Positions 36,575 to 49,497 of a DNA stretch of 64,000 bases are shown one piece after another. The stretch lies in the NCBI GenBank assembly GCA_030248215.1, contig JASANG010000957.1:124001-188000 (forward strand), in the 5' to 3' direction. Source of the stretch: Enoplolaimus lenunculus (Eukaryota). The notes beneath the pieces are model-generated. The model had not been told where the DNA came from and did no database searches. It saw only the letters and a program-made list of their open reading frames with translations. Positions within the stretch are counted from its first letter, which is position 1. The number at the start of each line of letters is the position of its first letter. A program made the translations under genes and the position numbers.

Positions 36575-38774
36575 CCCTCAACGGCCCGGCAAAATTTTCA
36601 CCTTAATCAGCCCAACGGTCTACATATGTAGACAACACAACTAGCGTTAGTTTTGGCTTATCTCAGGGTGCTCTCCTCCTTTAACTGGCTTGAGACAGTC
36701 AGAACTAGTGTTCTGGCGGAGTTCCACCCGCTCCCCGTCCAGCCTCCCACTGCGGGCGCGTTGTCCAGTTAAGCAGTCGTTGCACGTTATGGTGCGATTC
36801 ATGTGGTCCTTGCACACTCGTTTTCCACATGACGAACAGCTCAATCTCGTAGATTTGCGACAACTTGTGACCTGACATTTGGTCGGTTTACCAGATGTAG
36901 AAGGTTCGTTTCGCTTTTGAGGCAGCCCGTAAGCCATAAATGAATCCTTTGATTTTGCGTAAATTTTTCACTACTGTAAGGTTTGGTCATATTGTCTTGC
37001 GCTAGTTGTTCGGCTACTTTTTTCATGAAAACATTGCGTGACTTTTGATATCCGTTCAGTTTCATGACAATGAATGCGTTGTGCAACGCAATATCAATCA
37101 TATTGAAAAAGCAGACTAGAGGATAACGATTCGTTTTGCGTTTGCAGGTAAAATCATCAATGCAAGAGTCCATTACATCAACCCCGCCTTTTCCCAAATT
37201 ATAATCCAAGATAACTGCTGGTTTTTTGTCCTCTCTGCTGGTGCAAACTTCGTTTTTCACATGAACTGAACTTAGTAATAGCACATTTTTATTTTTCTTT
37301 GGACAATAAGACGCCAACATTATGCGGTTATTATGGTCCCATAAAAATCGGGTGCTATAGACCTCTTGTTCTTTTGTTGACTTTAGCACCGGAGGTACGC
37401 TGCGGCGATTTGCCATTATTGTGCCTGTGCACGTTAGCCCACTTTGTAATAGGTCCACAGCCAATTCATGGGATGTGAAATAGCGGTCCATGAAAATGTT
37501 TCGCTGAGTGTTACAGTATGGTTGAATAAGATCCATTACGATGCGTTTAGCAAGCCCTACGGCCCGTTCGCCTTCACGCCCTGTATAAATATTTCCTTTT
37601 AGGGCCCTATCCATTCCGAGCATCGCAAAGCCAGAATATTTTTACGCCGTACTTAGCAGGTTTCGCCGGCATGTACGCTCGCCCCGGTGCATATCCTCTA
37701 TACCCGTAGAGCTGTTCATCTACTGTAAGTGATTCGGACGGTATATAATGAAGACGTAAGTTGGACTGAAATAGGTCCCAAACATCTAGTATAGCAGCCA
37801 TTTTGTCACTTTTTTGACGCTCCCGGCGAGTCAGTTTGTTGTCGAATGTTACATTTTCCAGCAACTGTTTCATTCTGTTTTTTAACAGCGCGCAGCGGTA
37901 AAAGGGCCTGCTGTCGTTTTTGGTGAATAGTGAAGCCACTGGAGACATGTTATCGCGATCTGCACCAGCTCTGCTTACCACCCCAAGCCAAGCTTTCAGC
38001 TCGCACATTGGTAGCGTTGAAAAATTGCGCGCCCGCAGTCGCCTACTAGTGAGTCGCTGAATTGTATGTAAAATGGGCTCGTTTATATAAAGATAAAATG
38101 CTTGTGACTCTGTTGTAGGGTTTACTGCAGTGCCTTCGCGAAAGCGAATTATATTTCTAGCTAACACACGGACAGGCGGTGTTGTAGAATGCCACTCAAC
38201 ACCCGTCGCTGACAAAAACACATTACTTCCACTAGAAGTCTCGTCCATATCGCTCAACTCACTACTAGATGCGTCCGATTGTTTTTGTAATTCACCATCA
38301 CTATCTTGCTCATAAATAGCAGCCTCTTCACTACTGCATTGACCTAACTCAACTGATTCTGAGTCGTCATTTGAACTATTGTCGTCCGGTTTGTCATCTT
38401 CTGTCTCTGAATCACTTGGTTCTAATACACGTCGTACGACCTCAGTCAAAGATAATTTATGCAAGCCTGACATATCCCTGACTTTACCTCACCATACAAA
38501 ACCGTGTGTAAGAACAAAACGTTCCAATTCTTGTCAAAACTCAAACTATGATCAAATCAACATCTGTCTACATATGTAGACGGTCGGGTTATATAGGTAT
38601 ATGACTCACTGTACAGCAAACTTTTGTTCCCACAATGCTATAAGTTTTTTATACTACTATAACAGAATAATTATCGATGGAAATTAAACAATAGATTCTT
38701 AACTATAGCACCTGCCGAACAATCAATTGTAGAACTGTTATGTCTACATATGTAGACTGTCGGGCCATTGAGGG
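36575..38774 (-). mobile_element. Full-length piggyBac DNA transposon (2.2 kb)
   Basis: TTAA duplications at 36571-36574 and 38775-38778; TIRs CCCTCAAYGGCCCG; subterminal 16-bp palindrome GTCTACATATGTAGAC at 36618, 38566 and 38742; internal piggyBac transposase. Confidence 0.95.
36647..38473 (-). pseudogene. piggyBac (PGBD4-like) transposase split by two frameshifts
   Basis: Three overlapping ORFs (38473-37607, 37623-36841, 36937-36647). Acidic N-terminus, VDEQL..YMPAKPAKYGVKIFWLCD, FMDRYFTS, VILDYNLGKGGVDVMD (DDD triad) and C-terminal Cys-rich domain CQVTSC..CSSCGKRVCKDH..CNDC. Frameshifts near 37607 and near 36965. Confidence 0.9.
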
Positions 38775-40965
38775 TTAAAGCCCGTTTGTGCCTCTGCCGT
38801 CCAAGTTTTCATTCATTTTTTAGTACCCAAAGGTTACACTGTCCCGCTGAATATCATATGATATTCGTTGAAATTTTGGAATATCATGATATTCGCCTAA
38901 ATGTCCTACAGTATCACGTGACATACTGTCGCTTGTACACATAGATCATTTGAGACCGGTGGTTCGTAAGCTGATGTCATATGACATTCGAGTTTTGTCT
39001 GTTGACCCGATATAAGAGCCCAAATTTTAACGTTGACGTGGAATCAACATGGGACAAACCGTGTCCCGCCTGCCCCGGTTATAACGTGAACTTCGCATAA
39101 CATATTCACGCATATTTTCTGTCCATAAAACAATTACGTTTATGTTTTAAGAATTCATTGTAATCATAGTAATCTGGAAAGTTGCTCAAAATACGTATGT
39201 GAGGCGTTCCAACTTTTAATATATTGATTAAAACATTTCTGCTTTTAGTTCAATATGAAATATCTGACGGCTCAAAAAGCTATTCTACAAAGTATGTTTT
39301 TTGATTAAAGTGTTAACACAAACGAAAACACGGTTTTGATAAAATTGAGGCCGATTGTTGATGATATGTTGATATGTTTATGGAATATTTATTCGCGCAA
39401 GAAGCTCAATTTAGACATATAAATAACGTTATGACGCGGAAGATTTGTAGGAAGGCAGTATATTCGGGACAAACGTCATAAATGAACCAGACGATTTGTG
39501 CTGTAAAATTAAGGTAGACACCGGAATGAGTGTCGAAACTGTGTCTTATTATCGAAACATCAGCAGAGCTGATCGAAATGATCAAATGAAGCGGTACAGA
39601 AAAGTCCATTTCCTTTTGGTTGAAATGAGTGAAAACAACGCCAAATTTTTACATGCTCGTTGGAAAGGCGAAAATGAAGTTGCCAATTTCCGCGTGGTCC
39701 TAATAAAATCGTTTATCGGAGTATCAAATTTGATAAAAAGAAGAATAGTGCGATTTTTACGCGTTTATAGAAACAAAACGATTATTAAAAACGCAGGTAC
39801 AAATGCTTTAAAAACATATGTGTTTTACCAACGTCGTTTTCGACGAAGAACTTGCACGACACTACAGTCATATTAGCTGGAAATTTCAGGTTTCAAGTTT
39901 TAGAATCAAATGATATTCTACAGTTCAATTTCGTTGACTTTAATACTTCTAGGTATGCAGACAGGACATCGAATGTCATTGGGATTTAGTTAAAAAGCAT
40001 TTTATGTATGATGGTAGCTGACAACTCCGTATTGTTTTATGTAATTTTTAGTCTATAAGCAAACAGAATGTTACTCAATATTCTATAGGGACGAAACCTT
40101 CCCCAAGTTGTTCCAGTGCTAACGTGTATCTGTCAAGAAACCAAACACGAGAAACAAATACTTTGCTTTCAGCACAAAATATTTGTAGAAGAATGCTACT
40201 GACACCCCACAGTATGTATAAGGTAACGAAATTTTCTCGGTTTCATATAAGGTCATGTTAAGAAAAGACGTAGCTAGGCAGCAGTTTGACGTGGCATAGG
40301 TTTGAAATCGCGTTACGAAATTTAGACAGGATTGAAGAGTGTACTATCGATTCAGACGTTTACATTATGGGTAGACGTTGCAGTTTATTATCGAGTTGTT
40401 AAATTTTTTTGACGTCAATGTTCAATTTTTTGGACTTTCTGTCATTAATGATATTGAAAACTAACTGATATAGCTTTTTTGCAGGCGGTCGTAGCAAACA
40501 GCAGGGATGGGCGGTCTCAGTCAAAAAAAGAGACTGAGGCCGGGACCGAGACCCGACGTACTGAGTCCGAGACTTCTGTCTCGGTCAATTTCCAACCGTC
40601 ACCGAAAATAAATCATTTTTTTAAAAAATGCTTGAATATTTTTTCTGCTCAGAATTACCACTTAATTCATACAATTAAACTAATAAATGGGCCGCCGAAC
40701 TGTATTTTTACTTATTTATCACTTAGAAATGGTGTCACAAACGCAACGATTGAAAGCTTTCACAAAGCTACGTATCACTTCACTTTGCTTGTGCTGTGCA
40801 ATTTTACATATATATACTTGTTTACTTCTCCGCTTACATGGCTAAACTCAAGCGTTAACCTAAGCCCAAACCATCCATATCATAGTGTAATAAAATGATC
40901 ACTCTGGAAGCATGAAAGCAAGTACCCAATTTTGGTAATTCACGTAAATACATTTTGTCCAAAAT

Positions 40966-41283
40966 CAGGGATGAGTATCGGCATCGGCATCGGCTCTACT
41001 AAAAATTGCCGATTCTTTGTCGATACTTTTTGCACATATAAGTCAGTTGGAATGCTACCAGTTTCATTTCTGGGCACATATCAGTGTGTGAGGTCAGGAA
41101 AACTCTTACCTCTTTTGTGTTTGTGTTAGAACAAATTTATTTGAAATGAACCGTTCTCATAAAATTCTAATCGTTTCTGTTGCTTAGGATTTCAGCCTTC
41201 ATATACTGATGTACTGTAGTCAAAATTTCAAAATAAAGATCGGTATCGTCATCGGCAAAAATTTTGGTATCGGCACATCCCTA
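40966..41283. mobile_element. hAT-type MITE nested in another hAT-like element (~40502-41470)
   Basis: CAGGGATG...CATCCCTA ends, TSD TCCAAAAT/TCCAAAGT, ATCGG(C/T) subterminal repeats; the outer element has GAGACC repeats at both ends. Confidence 0.7.
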
Positions 41284-41771
41284 TCCAAAGTACCTGCAAA
41301 ACATTGCTATGTCATTTCTTCAACTCAAACTAGCTCAGCTAATAGCATTTTTTATTGCTTTTTAACCTCTTTGGTCTCGATTTGCAAACCACCGAGACTC
41401 AGAAAAGCGAGACCGAGGCCAGCGAAATCCCGACACTTTCCGAGACCGAAACCGATATCGCCTAACCATGCCGTATATACAGGGAATACAACTACCACAA
41501 TGGATGGGCTTGCTATTTGCAGAGCCCGTCTCGAGAGTCCGATGTTACGTAGCAGGCCTGCATTTTTGTGACATCAAAACATTTCTTGCTGGCTAGCGGT
41601 TGATTTACGTACTGCTTTTGTTACCTATATATAATGCATGCATAACGCATATTGCTTACGTTATTGTGGTTTAGGTTTCTGTTTCAGAACTTATCGCGTT
41701 TTCAATTTTAGTTTCGGTGTGTTCGGTCAACAGCTTAATACGCATTATCCAGTTGCACTAATGATTTTCTG

Positions 41772-43131
41772 ATGTATAGAAATACTTCAGGACATCGACG
41801 TAAGTATTATTTTCTACGCAGCAAATTCCTTCTGCCTGTTTGTCATTATAACGTATGTATTCAATGGTCAAGTGTTGGTTTTTCCCGTGATTATCTTAAG
41901 CAACTATTCTGCTCAAGGTTTAAGGTAATATATATGTTATGTTTAAGGACATATCTCTACGCTGTTTAGAAACCGGTCAATTTACCAGCAACTGTTGATG
42001 TCTATGGCATGGCGTGTTTCGATATTATATTCTTGCACTCAACATACAATTGTAGTTGGTAAATAAGATTTATACGATTCGGTTTTATTTTTAAGATAAT
42101 CACCAAACGGCGTCTTCGATGAATTCATTTGTAAACACTGATGGAACTTCCTCTATGACCAGTGGTAACTATTTAGAACGGGAAAATGATCAAATGGTCG
42201 ATAATTTATCAAATAAAGTGTCCACGCTCAAGTCAGTAAGTTGAGTTCTACAGATTGTTGATTGTCATCACAGCAGTTTTTCTCGAGGACTCGTTACTGG
42301 GTGTGGGTTTCCCCATTTGGCCAGAGGTCCACCGAACTGGATGTGCGCCCAAGTTCGCCGAGTGACAGTTGGCCCTAACTGAATAATTTATATTTTTTTC
42401 GAGGTCGGTGCTGGATTTGGCCGAGCGAGGCGAGGCCCTTCACCATCATTCCACTATGTAGTGAAATGCTTGACTAGCGAGCTAGGCTTTTTGTAAGATG
42501 TGCCAATTTGTGACCACAAGTTATCCGTTTTTTATTTATTTAAAATATATATATCTTTGTACGAGTGGTCATAAGTTGAACATTATTTTTCAGTTAACTA
42601 TTGAAATTGGACAAGAAGTGAAGAAACAAAATGATTATCTCAACACCCTTGTAAGTATTTGTCTCATAGTAAACTTTATTGTGCCCAATTTATCGTTTCT
42701 CAAATGTATATACATTGTACGTATCAATGAAATCTACTTTGGAATAGCTATTGTTTTCAATACAAAGTAACACTTTTAGGTGGTTTTTACCGTAAGGCTT
42801 TTTACCGTAAGGCCTAGGCACTGGCCGGTCCTGTAGTTTTTGAATGTGGCGGGCATGATATGCTTTTCAAAATTACATCACTCATTTTCCCCCGCAAAAA
42901 ATCGGTTGTCTACAAAGTATTTCAAGAGCCGGCGATCTCATTTACTGTCAATTTAACGATATAGATGTTTGCTTTCAGGACTCTGACATGGAAAGCTCGC
43001 GTGGTCTGCTCGGTTCCACCATGCGTCGATTGGGTATTGTGTCAAAGAATGGGAGCTATCGATTTATGTGCTATCTAGTGCTTTTCGCATTTTTCGTCTT
43101 TATGGTCATTTATTATTTGGTCAAAAAATAA
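41772..43131 (+). CDS. BET1: BET1-like Golgi Qc-SNARE (~125 aa)
   Basis: Exons 41772-41799, 42096-42235, 42594-42650, 42979-43131 with GT/AG borders in phase. Product ...YLERENDQMVDNLSNKVSTLKSLTIEIGQEVKKQNDYLNTLDSDMESSRGLLGSTMRRL...FMCYLVLFAFFVFMVIYYLVKK*, a SNARE coil plus C-terminal TM anchor with the BET1-type LKSLTIEIGxEV motif. Confidence 0.92.
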
Positions 43132-43534
43132 TTGTCGAATATTATTTTTACCCACAACATTATAAACCTTAAATTTAAACTTTGAGAGGACTTCACGTTT
43201 AAAAGCTGTATTTACTGCGTGCACTGTGTACGGTGTTTCCTAGTGTGCCTTTTGGAATTTACACTGATTAATATGGTTTTTGGTTGATAAGTCATTTTTG
43301 GCCCCAGCTTTGTCGCTATACTGTTTTCTGTTGGTTATATTTATTGAATTGCGCCATTCTGTACTTTATTCGAAACGCACAATACTTTGGTGGCAGTGTA
43401 CCATATTTGGTTTTGGTTTCTAATTACGTACATTTGGGCTGTTTCGGTTTACTACGTAATGGTTATTCTTGTTACTGCACTTGATCCTAAAACATTTCGT
43501 TGTATTTGAACAGTTGTTTTTGTATAACATTAGC

Positions 43535-43541
43535 TGTTCAG
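43535..43541 (+). promoter_or_regulatory. Candidate trans-splice acceptor (TGTTCAG) 6 nt upstream of the ANKLE2 ATG
   Basis: Acceptor-like TTCAG just before ATG 43548, preceded by a T-rich 400-bp intergenic region. Confidence 0.45.
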
Positions 43542-43547
43542 TTTGTA

Positions 43548-46500
43548 ATGGAAGCGAATAGTAAGTTGGCTGTAACTGATAGGCAATCGGGCGAACCAAA
43601 TGAAATTACAAATCAAAATGTCAGCATAGAGGGTGAGCAGTGTAACGGTCGTAGCGAGTTTGGCAATGATGTTTACTACGCTGTGTACGTTCCGAAAGAA
43701 GTTAGTTCGTTGTTGCCCAATGGTACAAGTGATGCCGACTTATACTGTTCTGTAAGTCCGAAGGCTCACTTTCATAAAACTGAAGAATATTTTGGCAGCG
43801 ATATTTTTGGATCCGAAAATGAAGCAGTTGAGTATTGTGAGTTTGTTCATGCGAAGATTGACAAGTTGTTAAGCGGTGATGAAAATACTAACTTGATTAC
43901 TCCTATCGTTCGCAACAAAGTTGACTGGTTAGCGGTTACAGGGAAAGCGGATCTTTGTCGCTTTTTAAGTTGCGAGTTTACATCGACTGGACCGTATTAT
44001 GCCGTTAGTGTCGGAGATATAGCGGCCGCAGGTGCGGACAATAAGACACGAGACTGGAGTAGCATCGATGCCAAGGTTATAGCTAGGTCCGATAATCCGT
44101 CAGATTACTTAGCTATTAATGACGATGAGTTGATTTACGAGCCTGGAGTTTACGGGAGTGCCGAAACAGCACAGCGTGTCACTCGAAAATTACGGAAGGC
44201 AGGGTCACGGTTCGCGAAATTGAAATCTTATCGTTCAGCTCGAAATTTTGTCAATGGTCAACTACAGCGGAACGCTTGTGACGATGTATCTGACGAGCGA
44301 AGTACTGACGCTTTGCTGTCAAAGCAGGACAAAAGTTCTGAAGTAAGCAATGGATTTGCCGAGGAACAACCGCTACCCTTTGATGGCCCATGCAGAAATG
44401 ACCTGCTCAAGTTTCGACGCGCTATCGAGCGGAAAGACTTGGATCAAATGCGAGAAATTGTTCAGAGTAATCCGAGATATTTGATCAACGCAAAAGGCAG
44501 CGATGCACCTACGGTATTACATGAAGGCCCACGATATAATGCGATGCATGTCGCCGCGCGATCCGGATTTCAAGACGTAAATTTACCTACTACATAATGT
44601 TTTGTTGCGTACATTTAAATTTTGCTCTTGGCTATTTCAATTTTAATTTCGACTTTTATGATTACATAAATGCAGCATCTCTAGCCGCAACTCGTAATTG
44701 TACTGATTAGCAAGAAGCATCTTTACTTAATACTAAAGGCCCATTGTAACATTAAGGATTTGCCTACTAAGAATAAGTATAAACCTAATTCTAAGTCTAA
44801 GCTTGAGCCTGTTGTTCTCTAGGCCTCTTGTTTCCCAGTAGACAGGCTCCTATTAACTTTAGCCGTGTTGTGCGAAACTGAACAGTTGCCGCCTTTTTAA
44901 ATGAAAGGGTGAAAATCAAAAGCACTCGTGAATACCTTGTTGCATTTTTAAATGTTGTTATTTAGTATATATATACATATATTATATCAGATTTTTAATT
45001 TATTTCAAAATGCTTTTTATTTAAGGGTTGTCAGTGTATTCTTGATTTTATCACCGACGAGTTTTACATTCGATCACTGTATCCAGATGACAATCAAAAA
45101 ATGTCGCAGGAACGCATTGAGTTACTCCTCGAGGCATATGTCAATTTGCCAGATAAATCGAGTAATCGAACGCCGCTGCATTGGGCTGCTAAAATGGGTC
45201 ATTGCGGCGTTGTTGAAGTGTTATGTTCGAGCGATGTTTGTAACAAAAATGCTGCTGACAAGTCAGGTAAGCGATTACGTTTATTTTGAATTTGATATTC
45301 TTAAGGACATGGGTGTTGTTCAATTTGCAACGGAAGTATTTATGTGTGTGTTTAATTTGTTTTTCATTCTGGATAAAAGCTTCAGTGTCCACGCCGCATC
45401 TCTAAAAAATTTTCCCGATGTACGCATGATTGAGGAAGTTGCATTGTGCTGAAACGCTGGCGCGTTTCATCAAATAAGAAAACTATAACCACCTTGGTGT
45501 ACGTTGTCTTTATAGTCCTACATCAGCAGAAGTACTAAGCATTCAAGGTTTGTGAGCCTAAACCGGTAGCTGAATGGTAATTAATGTTGAATGAAAAGTG
45601 TTAAATAAACGAAGCAATTTGTCATCGGTGCTAGTTTAAATGTTTAAAACATAAATGTGTGCGAGTTCAGTATTTTTATCTATTATTGCTATGAAAATAT
45701 TAGTATGGTTGATTTAGGAGATACTGCGTTGCATATTGCGACAGTTTCTGGGGACATAGCGATAGTCAAGCAATTATGCGGATACGCTGACGTGAATCGA
45801 AAACTTCGAAACGCAGACGGCAAAACTCCGGCAGATTTGGTCTCGCAGTTTCACGAGTCGAAGTCAAAGTTGCGAAACGAACTTTTGAACGCCCTTGAGG
45901 AATACCTGTGCTACGTTCCACTGTACCGCGATTGTGAACTGCAACAAGCTCGTATACTTCCACCAACGACCAGTTTGATGCCAGGGACAAATGATAACAG
46001 CGGCAGCCAGTCGGTAACAGACTTTGAATCCTGTGATCCGAGTTGTGCAGTGAAGGGTACATGTAATGGCGGCATTTTATCAACTGGTTTTGGTCCATCT
46101 GGAACCAACTTTCGGCCCTGCTTACCGGAGGACGACGGCGTAAGGCCATTTTTGGCAGCTGTTATCGGGCCGTGTCCGCGGTTCGTAGCGGAGAAAATTT
46201 ATCAAGCGTGGACTGGAGATCGATCAAAGAACGCTTTATCTGTTAAACGTTCAGATCCGCACAAAGGTTACAAAATTTTTTATAACGAATCGGGTATTTT
46301 TGTTTCTGGTAAAAATTAGTTTTCTTGGACTTGCGTAGTATATACATGGCTATTTTTGGGCATATGTATGAATTGTATGCTCCGAAGATAATACGTTGTG
46401 TTAAACTCAGGGTTCTAGTTCTCAGCCGGGCAGTAAATCTTAAGCGATGGGTAAAGGTAGACATATACTGATTAGATGCATATAGCTGCCAGGGTGCAAC

Positions 46501-49426
46501 TGGAATTACAATTTGCCGGAACCGGAGTTTGAAAAAATTACCGGAAACGGAACCGGAAAATGAAAAATACATGCCACTGAAAAATTCATTTCAATTTTCT
46601 TTTTTGCAATATTATTGGTGAGATAACCCTAGGTGTTCACTTTATCTGCTGTATTTTGGATTTTCATAATCCACGGAAACGAAATCTACCAACGATGGTT
46701 TACTTTCGGCGATTGTGAAGGTTTGCATACTATACTAATAAAATCTATTTAATTTCTATCGTCATTTTCAGTAAAATATCTTAATTTCTAGCGACAAAAT
46801 TTTAATACCAGAATATATAATTCCGGTAAAAACTTACCACAACCGAAACCGGAAGGTAAAAAAATGTCAAAACCGGAATTCCGGTTGCACCCTGATAGCT
46901 GCATGAATGAATCTAAAAACGGAAACCGAGATGGCTATATGTATGACTATCTTTGCGTAATATTACACATATGCCTTGAAAATTTATATCGAGCTGAAAC
47001 CCTAGAATATGACGCGAATAGGCTTTCCTGTTTTCGAGACTATTTAAAATCTTTTGAAACCTCATTCTATGGTAACAGAATAGCCATCAGCATATTCGTA
47101 TAATAAATTTCAGGGCTGCAAGTTTCCTATCTGAGCACAGTTGAGACCTGGCACCATTAAAATGTTTGAGCCGTTACGAGAATAAAGATTTTGTGTTTAA
47201 GAACACGAGATGGCAACATTTTAGCGATATAATGGTTTACAAATGTGATTTGTTTAATGATGGGACACAAAAGATATAAAAAACCCAACAAAAACATTGG
47301 AAACAGTTTAGTTTGAAAATTTTAACTTTTTCGGTGATGTCTAAAAATTGAACGAGACCGAGATTTTTCATGGCCGGTCTTGGCAGCCAAGCATCGAGTT
47401 TGGTTTGTAACTGAGACCGCCTTCCTCGTTTACGCTTTCATATTATATATTCTAACAAAATTATACGTATAGTTATTTACTGTTTCAGGATTAGAACGAT
47501 TAGGACGCGCTCTTGCACGAACGTTCAAAGTCCCATGGTCCGAATACTGGTCATTTTTGGACAAATCTTGCGATCTGCGCTCGCCGCAAGGACTTTCGTC
47601 ACTGGATGAATATCTTAGCGGTCGCAAACGTAACCGAAACCGCGCTACGTTTACAGAACACTGTGACGGAACGCAAATGATGCGAACACCTGGCAGTAAC
47701 CCGTCAAAAATAACCAGAATTAATCCCGTTCCAAATGCAATTTTACATTCGGATCAACATCGATTTAAGCGAACTTTGTTTTCGTCGCGAGATTTGAGGA
47801 CCATTGCGTCACCGTATTCACCTCTGCATGCAAGGTTTACTCAAACCCAGGACAATTTAGAAGACGTTCCCCGGTCTGGTACAAGTTTGCGGTTTAGCAG
47901 ACGAAATTTAGGCAGTGAATTGTCAGATTGTGGTAGTGATTCACAGGTATTCGCTGGTGAACTTAGTGAACAGACTAGCAATTCGGAACCACTGGTTGGT
48001 AGTCAATTAGGTCTGGCGGCAAACCAACCTGGTACACCAAATATTAAGGAGTGTGATTTGTTGCGGTTTCCAGTTAATAGTGGCACAGAACCACCGGATC
48101 AAGATGATAACGATACGTTTTACGATTGCGGTGATGACTGGGTTATCAATGAATCGATGATAGTCAATGTAGATCGAAACGCACCAGAGCAATTGAATGA
48201 TTCGTTCACGTCTGAAGGTTCGTCGGTTAGCACTGTCGGTGACTTGGTGTCTCGAATGCAACGCGCAACTGCCGAGCTCTCAAACGATGTTGAAACCGAG
48301 GTATATGAAAGCCCCCTGATTAAAAGCGGAGGACCCCGAGGGGGAGAATTTAAACGAAAAATCACATGGTATTTTTAACAGAAAATCCCATTTTAACCAC
48401 GTCTGATCTCTCATAAACAACGTGTAAATACACTTTTGTTTTAAAAATTGTGCCACATGAACCATCACGTGGAAGTCAATGTTTAGTGTACTGAACACTG
48501 AGGCCATAACACAGCTTCGGTTGCCGTCACACTCACTATAGAGTATGGGGTTATTTTAGGCTTAGGGTGTCAGCACGCAGAAAACAACCAAAGCGATTGT
48601 CTGTAACACTAAACATATTTCCCGATAATAGCACATTTAGTCACAATTTCGGCCGGTCCGTTACTAGCTCGAATTGCTAGGGGAAACCAAAACAATCTTA
48701 AGAGAGGCATTCGTTAGAACTAACAAGCTTACTATTCTGGTCTAAAACTTTCTTAGGGTTCGGAGCTGGGTGCAACTGGAATTTCGGTTCCGGCGTTTTT
48801 TCACTTTCCGGTTCCGGTAAATTTTTACCGGAAGTAAAAACTCAGGTATTAAATTTTGGTCGGGGGGAATTAAAATATTTTGCTAAAAAATTGCGATAAA
48901 AATTAAATTGATTTTATTAGTATGTATAATAAATTATTAAAAAAATCGCAGACTTTGAAAACTGTAAAAAGCTAATTACGATGATGACTACGTAATGTAG
49001 TGTTTGATAAAATGGAAGTTAATATAAAAAATGTGACTGGCTTTTCGTTCGCGAGGTCTCTTAGTTTTATTTACATTGAACAGCACAACTTTTTTGTTGT
49101 CTGTCATTATTTTGCAGGATACCAACGCATCAACGCCCACAGCGTCGAGTGTCAGATACTCTACTCCCCCAGATACCCCACCGGATGATGTGACATGGTA
49201 CATTCTTGGCTCAACTCCGTCTAAATTAGACATCGACGTTCTCGACGCAGTTGACCCGGAGTCGACCAGTGTTGACCGTTTCAAGTATCCATTGGTGTCT
49301 GCTTGGCTGTCGTCTGTACAATTTTACGCCGCCGCAGAACGACGCCATTGGCCACCGATCGATTCCCCAAGATTTAACTCGTTAAAAATGGATGGGTCTC
49401 GAAAACGACGTCTGCAGCAACTGTGA
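43548..49426 (+). CDS. ANKLE2: ANKLE2 / LEM-4-like ankyrin repeat protein (~979 aa, no LEM domain evident)
   Basis: Exons 43548-44576, 45026-45266, 45718-46266, 47489-48300, 49118-49426, phases compatible. ANKLE2 signatures: NPRYLI..DAPTVLHEGPRYNAMHVAA, LYPDD..RIELLLEAYVNLPDK..TPLHWAAKMG, YVPLYR, DPHKGLERLGRALA..VPWSEYWSFL..DL.SPQGL..LDEYL and C-terminal YILGSTPSKLDIDVLDAV..KYPLVSAW..RRHWP. The donor at 48300 was chosen by phase. Confidence 0.9.
46490..46894. mobile_element. hAT-type MITE, same family, in ANKLE2 intron 3
   Basis: TIR CAGGGTGCAAC; perfect 8-bp TSD ATAGCTGC. Confidence 0.85.
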
Positions 49427-49497
49427 AAATTATTTCACTTAGAAATCGTCTCAAAATTACAAAACGTTTTTTTGTGTTATTAAAAATATCGTTTATA

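Larger units (their letters stand above)
36219..39097. mobile_element. PIF/Harbinger-like non-autonomous element hosting the piggyBac
   Basis: Inverted ends TGCGRRGTTCACGTTATAACCGGGGCAG...GGACACG.TTTGTCCC; TAA on both sides (36216-36218, 39098-39100). Related fragment at ~9926-10180. Confidence 0.7.

Noticed and set aside
48301..48378. Extension of ANKLE2 exon 4 to a donor at 48368 or to the stop at 48378
   Set aside because: It would be out of phase with, or omit, the conserved C-terminal exon; the phase-0 donor at 48300 fits.
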